In this document: positions 54,467 through 64,000 of the stretch, piece after piece | How positions within the stretch are numbered: the first letter of the stretch is position 1 | How the letters are laid out: each line of letters starts with the position of its first letter | Assembly (NCBI GenBank): GCA_964016885.1 | Contig: CAXHJY010000740.1 | Span: 1 to 64,000 of the forward strand | Reading direction: 5' to 3' | DNA length: 64,000 nt | Origin: Eledone cirrhosa | Lineage: Eukaryota | Notes under the pieces: model-generated | What the model was told of the DNA's origin: nothing | The model's database searches: none | Seen by the model: the letters and a program-made list of their open reading frames with translations, nothing else | Made by a program: the position numbers and the translations under genes

Positions 54467-54683
54467 TACACACATATATATATATGTATATATACATATA
54501 TACACACACATATATATATATGTATATATACATATATACACACACATATATATATATGTATATATACATATATACACATATACATATATAGACACATATA
54601 TATGTATATATACATATATACACATATAGACACATATATATGTATATATACATATATACACACATATATACATGTATACATAC

Positions 54684-54925
54684 ATAAATGTAATTTGAGT
54701 TTTTCGAATATTAATAATAACATTCGTTACGTTTGCAATTATACAAACAAGTCTCAATTGTATAGCCATGTCAATAGAATGAACACTTCATTCTATTGAC
54801 ATGGCTATAAAATTGAGACTTGTTTGTATAATTGCAAACGTAACGAATGTTATTATTAATATTCGAAAAACTCAGATTACATTTATTGTATTCAGCCACC
54901 TAGAGTGAAATTTTCTTTTTTACAT
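54684..54925 (+). mobile_element. Fold-back element with 100-bp arms in TA/CA microsatellite
   Basis: Arms 54684-54783 and 54787-54886 with two mismatches and a 3-nt loop. Confidence 0.9.
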
Positions 54926-54946
54926 ATATACATACATATTTACATC

Positions 54947-55014
<68 letters not shown>

Positions 55015-55074
55015 CATATATATGCATATATACAATATATTAACAAATGGAAACTATATTTATAAAACCATATT

Positions 55075-55139
55075 TATTTCATTATACATATTTCAAGGAC
55101 ACCAAAGCAAATTATGGTGCGCTTTCATCAGATAAAATA
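55075..55139 (-). ncRNA. Type-I hammerhead ribozyme
   Basis: Minus strand ATTTTAT-CTGATGA-AAGcgCACCA..TGGTGtcCTT-GAAA-TATGTA-TA-ATGAAAT, with an AUA site. Confidence 0.8.
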
Positions 55140-55321
55140 TAATATAGATCAGTTTTATAAACAAATATTGACAAATCCCTTAAAGAATGCTTCCAACCGA
55201 CATGGTCGCATATATGTGTGTGTATATATATATATACATATATATATATATACAGATATATATATACATATATATCTACATATATATATATACACATACA
55301 TATACATATATATATATATAA

Positions 55322-55366
<45 letters not shown>

Positions 55367-55521
55367 CATATTTATTTACGTATAGCACGGAGTATATGTG
55401 CATAAACACACATGCACCGTGTTGTATTATGACAGTATTGTGTTAGCTCAATGTACAGGAACTGAGCCGTTATATGAAAAAGAAACCAAAGAACGCTTAC
55501 GTACTCAAACAGCTTTTATTT

Positions 55522-55566
55522 GCTTACAATGTTTCATCCACACCGTTTGGTAGGAATCCTCAGAGC
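55522..55566 (-). ncRNA. Minimal type-I hammerhead ribozyme
   Basis: Minus strand GCT-CTGAGGA-tTCCTACCaaacGGTGtGGAt-GAAA-CAtTG-TA-AGC, with a GUA site. Confidence 0.7.
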
Positions 55567-55927
55567 TTAATAAACACAGTGTTGAGTATAAGCTCCACAA
55601 AGCCTAGTCACACGAACAATCGGAATGCAATAGATGGTAAAGATAGGGAGATAGGAGATGGCGAACAAGGAGGGGGTACATGCTGGGGTTGTTAAGCACC
55701 ACAGCTAAATGCCAGGGCACAAGCAGATTTTACAAGATGCGGGTACAATTGATGGTACACAAAAGCAAAATATACAGGCAATGGTTAAAACATAATAAAA
55801 ATTAATAATAAAATAATTAAAAAAATATGAAAATAAAAGGAAGATAATATAAAGAGATAAAAAGTAAAAAGGTCAAATATTAAAAAAAATTTTTTTTTTT
55901 TAAAAGAGAGAAATAAAAACAGAAATA

Positions 55928-56050
55928 ATCAGTTCCCATATGAGCAAGACAAGGTCAGCCGACTGGACACTGTCTACAACAGGACAACCCGTCTAACCCA
56001 TGCTAGCGTGGAAGAACAGACGTAAAACGGTGATGATGATGATGATATAT
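55928..56050 (+). mobile_element. Very short 3'-end copy of the RTE LINE with (GAT)n tail
   Basis: Reverse complement of 2005-2128 with few differences. Confidence 0.88.
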
Positions 56051-56359
56051 ATGACCCCTCCTATTGGTTTACGGAAGATGTTTGATAGATATGGTATTTG
56101 ATATGATATTTTAAAGAACTATATAATAGATAACGTTAGGCTAGGAGTGTAGCATGCCGCACCAGCCTTTGTAGTTAACTCAGGAGTGTAGCACGACGCA
56201 TGACGCCCCAGCCTTTATTCAAACCTGAATTGAGGAAATCTCTAATTTATAAATACTGATCAGTCACACATACACATTATAATAATTCCTTGTCGCTCCT
56301 AAATATTAAATCAGAAATGTAATAAACATACACGCCCATATTTATATATAATTATAAAG

Positions 56360-56742
56360 AAACTGTTGAAGTGCAGAAATGCTATAAAGATAATTGTTTC
56401 TACTTTAGGCACAAGGCCAGCAATTACCCAGTGCATTACTGGTACTTTATTTTATCGACCCCGTAAGGATGAAAGGCAAAGTCAACCTCGGCGGGATTTG
56501 AACTCAGATTGTAAAGGGACGTAACTATGCTGGAAAGCATGGCGTTCGACCCTCTACCGATATAAAGATAACATAGAATAATGTGAAGCCTTTTAAAAGA
56601 CGGCAAAATAAGTTTCCCTCGGCTGCTATGAGGTGGGCTCAATTCCTCATAAAGACCAATGGCAACTTCTTTTTCCGTCTTTTAAGAGTCTTCACCCTAT
56701 TTTATAAGCATTTTATAGCATTTCTGCGCTTCATCACTTTTT
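56360..56742. mobile_element. Degenerate palindromic MITE-like element interrupted by a family-A SINE (56391-56562, minus)
   Basis: tgaagtgcagaaatgctataaa pairs with tttatagcatttctgcgcttca. The SINE is flanked by the direct repeat tataaagataa (56383-56393 and 56561-56571). Confidence 0.7.
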
Positions 56743-56813
56743 TTTTTACACACATATAGACGTACGTACGTACGTACGTATGTATGTATGTATGTATGCA
56801 TGTATGTACGTAT

Positions 56814-56901
56814 AAGCGTCTGAAGAAAGGTCACAAATGTGCTGCCACTTGTATTCTGGAGGTATGGTCAATATTGGGCCTTTAAACCTTGGGTTGCGCT
56901 T
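56814..56901 (+). ncRNA. Type-I hammerhead motif with a single core substitution (G12 to T)
   Basis: AAGCGT-CTGAAGA-AAGGTC...GGCCTT-tAAA-CCttgGG-TT-GCGCTT. Confidence 0.7.
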
Positions 56902-56947
56902 TTGTTCCTCAATGAACATAAATAATATGATATAATATAATTGCAGC

Positions 56948-57018
<71 letters not shown>

Positions 57019-57027
57019 CTCATTCTT

Positions 57028-57063
57028 TCTTCTGATGCAGGACTAGCGTCCGAAACGTTAAGA
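57028..57063 (+). ncRNA. Minimal hammerhead motif in a pLTR-like fragment after (TA)n
   Basis: TCTT-CTGATGcA-GGACtagcGTCC-GAAA-CG-TT-AAGA, with palindromic AACGTT and one extra or substituted core base. Confidence 0.65.
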
Positions 57064-57154
57064 CCCTCTTCCTGCTATATCAAGCGTTAACCTAATATAT
57101 CCCTTCCATATATTGTACCGAATTGTGTTGTTATTTCTGTTTACCTTTTACACA

Positions 57155-57345
57155 CACACTGCCAACTCGTTTTCGAGTACGGCCACTACTTTATATCCAT
57201 GTAGGAGAACTCCTACCGATGCGCTGAACGAGTGAGACTTTTTAGTCCAGCCAGCGACTTGAAAACTCTGGTACAAACACTACACCTGTGACAATTATTG
57301 ACGCATAGTGCGGGTCCCATGTGACGACAAGTGCAGAGAGATCTC
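57155..57345 (-). pseudogene. RTE/BovB-like LINE 3' end with C-terminal zinc-finger remnant
   Basis: CSVCTRVFKSLAGLKSLTRSAHR*, followed by a short 3' UTR and a (TG)n tail. Confidence 0.7.
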
Positions 57346-57700
57346 CAGATATAAAGCAATGCCTGTGCCGTGAAGCTTTTATAGTGAGCAAAGGCACTGC
57401 ACAAAGCCAGTCCCACTCTCTTAACCAAGATGATATTTACCAAAAAGAAGAACAAGTCAACATCATTGGATACCATCAGGGTTGCAGGTGTTATATCAGA
57501 GTTTTCCTTCTCCTAGAATTCTGCCTTGACAAAGGCTAAGGGGTCATCTCTCCCGGTGATTTTGGATTGCCATTGACCCTTAAGAGCTCCTTTGCCCTTT
57601 GACAGGTTTTGTGTTTAGTCCTGCAGGATGTCCAAACATACATACATACACACATACACACACACATATATATATACACACATATATATATATATACATA

Positions 57701-58098
57701 TATGTAGGAGGTGAGTTTTATTGTAGTACAATAAAGCAATGCAGATATCGGATAAGAAGCACTCTACAGTTTGTAGGACTGGAGTATACATAATATATAA
57801 GATCAAAAGATGGTTAAATGAGTTCCATGTATTTTATATATGTTGATTTAAAACTGCACTATCCACAAGTGTTTTTTAGCCTTCATATCATGTCCTACTG
57901 TTTTATCTGATGAAAACACAAATATTATTGCATGATGATATTTGTTTTTGAAATGCGCATAATAAAATACATGGAACTCCTTTAACCATCTTTTGTTCTT
58001 ATATATTATGTATACTCCAGTCCCACAAACTGTACAGTGCTTCTTATCCGATATCTGCATTGCTTTATTGTACTACAATAAAACTCACCTCCTACATA
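57701..58098. mobile_element. Inverted-repeat element (137-bp arms) enclosing a hammerhead, in (TA)n; Penelope-like inverted pLTR
   Basis: Arms 57701-57837 and 57962-58098 with about four mismatches. Confidence 0.88.
57901..57967 (+). ncRNA. Intact type-I hammerhead ribozyme
   Basis: TTTTAT-CTGATGA-AAAcACAAATATTATT..GATGATATTTGTtTTT-GAAA-TGCGCA-TA-ATAAAA. Palindromic stem III ATGCGCAT, predicted cut at 57961/57962. Confidence 0.9.
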
Positions 58099-58354
58099 TA
58101 TATATATATATATTCTCAGCGCTTAAAAGCCGAAAATTCGGCTTCGTACATTGTTTGTGTAAATAAAAAATATATATATATATATTTTAATTGCTATTAT
58201 AAATGATGAAATAAATTAGGAGACCACAATGTATCAAATACTACGTAGAAGGGTTTGAAAAATGTCTAACTACTTATGGAGCTCTTTAGTGTCAAGTGCA
58301 GCTTAATTAGCTAAGTTTCTTAAGTTACCATTGTTAAGCCGTTTGACTCAATAC

Positions 58355-58489
58355 CACGAATATTAGGTTTCAGCCAACTGTATGACTGTGAATCTAGTAG
58401 GACGCTTCTGAAAGTGGCATAACGATTTCTCCCATTGGCACAGGGCCATATATTTCTAGTGGATTGAAAGAATGCAGTGTAAGGAATAC
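58355..58489 (-). CDS. Candidate internal exon (phase 1-1) of an unidentified host gene
   Basis: tcttctcggccagCAG acceptor, open frame IPYTAFFQSTRNIWPCANGRNRYATFRSVLLDSQSYSWLKPNIR, and a weak donor G/gtattg. The phase is compatible with the candidate exon starting at 51217. Confidence 0.2.
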
Positions 58490-58812
58490 CTGCTGGCCGA
58501 GAAGACAACAATTCATATTATGTAACCGCTGTTGTGATGTTGCCACTTCTAGAAGAGTTGCACGCCCCCACCACCACCACCACCACCACCCCCACTCACA
58601 GGAACTAGCACATCTGGAGTAAATTTTACAAAACTTTGAATCGAACCAGTAATTACAACAGGCAGGGTCAGGGTGTACCTATTCTAAACTGGATACACAC
58701 AGATCTATTTTGTATTTTATTTTCATTGGCAAGATACAATACAAAGAGGATTCGGGTCGAATTTTAATTTAGAACGTAGATGTACATAAAAAATATTTCT
58801 ATCAGTGGTAAA

Positions 58813-60395
58813 AGGGCACACATCTGTAGGGCAGGGGTATACGTCAAACAATTGGTTCAGGATCACACATCTGTAAGGCAGGGGTATACGTCAAACAATT
58901 GGTTCAGGACCACACATCTGTAAAGCAGGGGTATACATCAAACAATTGGTTCAGGACCACACATCTGTAAAGCAGGGGTATACGTCAAACAATTGGTTCA
59001 AGACCACACATCTGTAAGGCAGGGGTATACGTCAAACAATTGGTACAGGACCTCACATATGTAAGGCAGGGGTATACGTCAAACAATTGGTACAGGACCT
59101 CACATATGTAAGGCAGGGGTATACGTCAAACAATTGGTTCAGGACCACACATCTGTAAAGCGGGGGTATACGTCAAACAATTGGTTCAAGACCACACATC
59201 TGTAAGGCAGGGGTATACGTCAAACAATTGGTACAGGACCTCACATCTGTAAGGCAGGGGTATACGTCAAACAATTGGTACAGGACCTCACATCTGTAAG
59301 GCAGGGGTATACGTCAAACAATTGGTACAGGACCTCACATATGTAAGGCAGGGGTATACGTCAAACAATTGGTTCAGGACCACACATCTGTAAGGCAGGG
59401 GTATACGTCAAACAATTGGTACAGGACCTCACATATGTAAGGCAGGGGTATACGTCAAACAATTGGTACAGGACCTCACATATGTAAGGCAGGGGTATAC
59501 GTCAAACAATTGGTACAGGACCACACATCTGTAAGGCCGGGGTATACGTCAAACAATTGGTACAGGACCTCACATATGTAAGGCAGGGGTATACGTCAAA
59601 CAATTGGTACAGGACCTCACATATGTAAGGCAGGGGTATACGTCAAACAATTGGTACAGGACCTCACATATGTAAGGCAGGGGTATACGTCAAACAATTG
59701 GTACAGGACCTCACATCTGTAAGGCAGGGGTATACGTCAAACAATTGGTACAGGACCTCACATATGTAAGGCAGGGGTATACGTCAAACAATTGGTTCAG
59801 GACCACACATCTGTAAGGCAGGGGTATACGTCAAACAATTGGTACAGGACCTCACATATGTAAGGCAGGGGTATACGTCAAACAATTGGTACAGGACCTC
59901 ACATATGTAAGGCAGGGGTATACGTCAAACAATTGGTACAGGACCTCACATATGTAAGGCAGGGGTATACGTCAAACAATTGGTACAGGACCTCACATCT
60001 GTAAGGCAGGGGTATACGTCAAACAATTGGCACAGGACCACACATCTGTAGGGCAGGGCCATACATCAAACAATTAGCACAGGACCACACATCTGAAGGG
60101 CAGGGGCATACATCAAATTGGCACAGGACGGGTATACGTCAACTGAGTCAACAAATTGGCACAGGGTCACACATGTAGGGCAGGGGTATACGTCAAACAA
60201 TTAGCACGGGGCCACATATTTGTAGGGCAGGGGTATACATCAAACAATTGGCACGGGGCCACACATCTGAAGGGCAGGGGTATACGTCAACTGAGTCAAC
60301 CAATTGACACAGGGTCACACATGTAGGGCAGGGGTATACGTCAAACTATTGGCACGGGGTCACATATTTGTAGGGCAGGGCTATACGTCAACTGG
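58813..60395. repeat. 47-bp minisatellite (~33 copies, GGGGTATACGTCAAACAATTGGTACAGGACCTCACATATGTAAGGCA)
   Basis: Directly visible, degenerate at the right end. Confidence 0.97.
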
Positions 60396-60464
60396 ATCAA
60401 CCATGGAGCAGAGTCAAAGCTACGTAGACTTTGGTATCAATTGAACTGAAAATGTTGTGGTTGT

Positions 60465-60695
60465 TGGACCTCCGTCGTTTCCGACGACAAGTGTTCCAGT
60501 TGATTCGATCGACGGAAGAACCAGTTCGAGAAATTAACGAACAAATGACCGAGTATTCCGTAGATATATGGCATAGCATTTGACAAGGGCGCCCTTTGGA
60601 TTATTGGTACAACTCAAGGACAGAACATACCACTGAGAATCGAACTTATGGTCGTGAGCCGAATACCTTAACAACTATTCCACGCGATTTCACTA
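60465..60695 (-). mobile_element. Internally deleted tRNA-derived SINE
   Basis: The head resembles 49510-49600 and the tail resembles 35130-35230. Confidence 0.55.
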
Positions 60696-61308
60696 ACTCA
60701 AAACATACTAACTACTGTAAGACATTTAAGCCGGTATTCTAACATGTTTTGTCCCTTCACTGCCTTAACTGTTCACATCCTGTAATGATGATTTAACAGA
60801 AAATATCTAAAAACAGATTTATCAATTCAAATGTATTTAATATCTTTATTATTGACAGATAGTTTTGAAATGTTGCTGTATTAGGGTAAATACTTTAATT
60901 TTTTGTCTGATTCTGTCATAGGGCAGTTTTGTACTTTGTATGAATGTTTTCTTAAAACGGTTTTATTACAGGGCAAATACCTTTAACCGCCATTAACTTG
61001 CGAACGACTTCCACTTTTTTATTAAATACGACGTGGCTTTTATACACTGAATTTTCGATTAAGAAACAAAATGATTTTTATAATTCACTTATGGAAGATA
61101 ACGTTTTCACATAACTAAAGAAAGACTATACTTCCATATCTTCTTCGAAATATATCCGGAACAAATACTTTGCTATTTTTAGGTTTTCTCTATGGAATAA
61201 TAATTGGCAACTTTACCATACACACAAATACACTCTATCAATATGGAAAGTTTTAACTAATCTAATTTTCTAACCATGTTCCAAATTTTAAGAATTCATA
61301 ATTGCCAT

Positions 61309-61660
61309 ATTGCTTTTATAATGGTGTCTAATTTAGGCACAAGGCCAGCAATTAACGAGTACATTACTGGTACTTTATTTTATCGACCCCCATAAGGATG
61401 AAAGGCACAGTTAACCGCGGCGGGATTTGAACTCAGACCATAAAGGGCCGAAGCTCTTTGCTGCAAAGCATGGCGTCCGACCCTCTACCGATACTGCCAA
61501 TCCAATTGCTTTTATAATGGTGTCTAATTTAGGCACAAGGTCAGCAATTTAAGGGTAAGGGAAAGTTGATCACATCGACCCGAGTAGTTGACTGGTATTT
61601 TTATTAATATTTTAACGACATCAGAAGTCTGAAATATGAAGTTGACTTTGGCGGAATTAA
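61309..61660 (-). mobile_element. Family-A SINE inserted at the 3' end of an older related SINE
   Basis: attgcttttataatggtgtctaatttaggcacaagg is present at 61309 and again at 61505-61540. Confidence 0.8.
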
Positions 61661-61866
61661 CAAACAGAAGCAACTATCTTCTTCTATAGGTTTGTTGAGA
61701 GCTCATTTACATATAATACAGGCTAGCCATTTCGTGTTATGCGATGCCATGGTCCTTAGCCCCTAATAGTGTCGTAGAGGCTCTGAAGTGATTTACGGCG
61801 TGTCTTGAGTATTTAAACCTAGCTCTTCCCTCTCCGGGTTCGAATACAACATATTTCTTCATCTTC

Positions 61867-61914
<48 letters not shown>

Positions 61915-62098
61915 GAATCAACTCTAGTACAGGACTGGTACTTTTTAATCGACCTTGAAAGAATGAAAAGCAAATTTTACCTCAGTGGGATTTGAACTGA
62001 GTGAGCAATGATCAGGAACGAATACCATGAAGCATTCTATCCAACTGTCTAGTCACTTTACCTATTTGTCGCTTAGCAGGCTTAATAGACTAGTATTA

Positions 62099-62237
62099 CC
62101 GTATTTCCCGGCGTCTAAGACGCTACTTTTTCCCCTAAAATAAGTCCTGGAAGTCGAAGGTTGTTTATTATTTTTTTTTTTCTTCCAAATTTTTGGTTGT
62201 CAAAATTAGGGTGCGTCCTTGGCGCCGGGAAATACGG
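62099..62237. mobile_element. Tc1/mariner (Tigger/pogo-like) MITE
   Basis: TIRs ccgtatttcccggcg and cgccgggaaatacgg, flanked by TA on both sides. Confidence 0.88.
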
Positions 62238-62817
62238 TAATTAGTGACAACACAACAAAGGCATATAGGAACTATACATATGTTTATCATGTATAAAAAC
62301 ATACTGTGTATAGATCTATATACATCTGTATTCTGAACCACGCTGTGTTAGTGGCATCGCTAGTTATATTATCTAAAGTATTTTTTAAAAAAGTACTTTA
62401 GATGGGTGTGATTTTAGGAAGATTTGACTGCTATTTATAGTAGATGGAGCGAGTGCATAGTGGCTTCTTATGAGTTTTTCTACAGTTTTGACCTCTAATC
62501 CTACTATCGATCTCAATAGAGATCAATAATCAATAGGGATGATCATACATTGACCAGTGCATCTGATAAGGACAACAAAAAATATATCGATTCGTTCTAT
62601 TTATCACACTTGCATCAAGTAGACATTGATTGATTGATTGATTGATTGATTGATAATCGATATTTAAATCAGGATATTAAAGTAGCTTTATTGAATATAT
62701 TAGACCCAGATTTTAGATTTAGGAATAAATTCTTGACATCGTAAAAGAATCGATAAGTCTCCATTGGTGTTAAATCTGAACATCTCATTCATCTTCAATT
62801 AGTATTTCACTCTAAAT

Positions 62818-62983
62818 CAGTCATGTACAAACTTCAGCCCGCGAGCCGCATGCAGCCCGTTTTGGCTTTCTGAATGGCACGCCTAATTTCAAAGTTGCCT
62901 TGATGTTTTTTAATAGTGCGGCCCGCTTTATGATGAGCGACATCCTATGCGGTCCACGGCTCGAAAGAGGTTGTCCATGTCTG
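62818..62983. mobile_element. hAT (Charlie-like) MITE
   Basis: 8-bp TSD ctctaaat at 62810-62817 and 62984-62991. Imperfect TIRs cagtcatgtacaa and ttgtccatgtctg. Confidence 0.88.
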
Positions 62984-62991
62984 CTCTAAAT

Positions 62992-63100
62992 TATAGCAGA
63001 GTGGTTAGGGTGTTCAATTCACCATCGACAGGTGATGAGTTCGAGTCCTGGACAGGGACAGCTTGTTGTGTCCATGGACAAGACACTATTTCACGTCTGG
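62992..63100 (+). mobile_element. tRNA/CORE-type SINE head
   Basis: A box tagcagagtgg, B box gagttcgagtc, then ttgtgtccatggacaagacact. Confidence 0.7.
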
Positions 63101-63164
63101 CAAAGTTGTTAAAACGTCGACATTCTAGGACTGGTAGTATTAATATTTTAACACCTCTAATACA

Positions 63165-63370
63165 TACGTACGTACGTACGTACGTACGTACATAGATACA
63201 TACAGACGTATCTATCTCTCTCTCTATATATATACATACACACACATACATACATATATATATATATATATACACATATATACACACACACATATATATG
63301 TACATATATATACATACACCTACATACAAGTAAACACCTCTAATACATACGAACGTACATAGATACATAC

Positions 63371-63443
<73 letters not shown>

Positions 63444-63630
63444 TACACACACATCACACACACATATATATATATATATACACACACATAAATATACATA
63501 CACACACATCACACATATATATACATACACACACACATAAATATACATACACACACATATATACACACACACACATATATATATACACACACACATATAT
63601 ATATATACATACACCTACATACAAGTAAAA
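63165..63630. repeat. TA/CA/TACG microsatellite mosaic with a short direct duplication
   Basis: aacacctctaatacatacg and tacacctacatacaagtaaa each occur twice. Confidence 0.85.
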
Positions 63631-63819
63631 ACAGCACTGCGGTCTCCTGGTACGGACGCTGTAACCAACATCCCGGTAAGTACTTTCAAGAGAAACAATA
63701 CAACAATGTATCAAAACACGTTAATGTGATGTCATCCAGGAGCTGTTAGAATATTTATTTCTATTTCCATCAGTGTAGCGATGAGATCATTGGCCTCTAA
63801 TGGTGATCTTGTAGACCCA

Positions 63820-64000
63820 TACTACATACACCCATAACGATCTTCCCTAAAGACCCTCAATCTACTACATACATCCATAACGACCCCCCACTCTACTACA
63901 TATTTCAATAACGACCCTCATTCTACAACATATTTGAATAACGACCCTCATTCCATTACATATTTCAATAACGACCCTCATTCTACAACATATTTCAATA
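63820..64000. repeat. 30-bp minisatellite (CATATTTCAATAACGACCCTCATTCTACAA) running off the right edge
   Basis: Directly visible. Confidence 0.9.

Overview
AT-rich, repeat-saturated animal DNA. The SINE and RTE LINE families and the microsatellite density point to a coleoid cephalopod, probably Octopus (inference). No complete host gene is recognisable. Positions 1-2.6 kb hold two tandem 5'-truncated RTE-clade LINE copies. One carries an apparently uninterrupted endonuclease plus reverse transcriptase ORF that runs off the left edge. Positions 3.3-33.4 kb are a ~30 kb satellite of 50-bp monomers with nested higher-order periods (2268 bp, ~6.3-6.5 kb, ~8.9 kb), derived from a ~93-bp ancestral unit still visible at both ends. 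Positions 33.5-64 kb are a mosaic of tRNA-derived SINEs, old RTE fragments, MITEs, and micro- and minisatellites. The main signal lies at 37.7-58.1 kb: about ten type-I hammerhead-ribozyme motifs of unrelated sequence, plus several fold-back (palindromic) elements anchored in (TA)n tracts. These look like Penelope-like pLTR or retrozyme remnants. In three copies of one family the palindrome axis is hammerhead stem II, and in another element the inverted arm stops exactly at the predicted self-cleavage site. Two weak candidate host exons lie on the minus strand.
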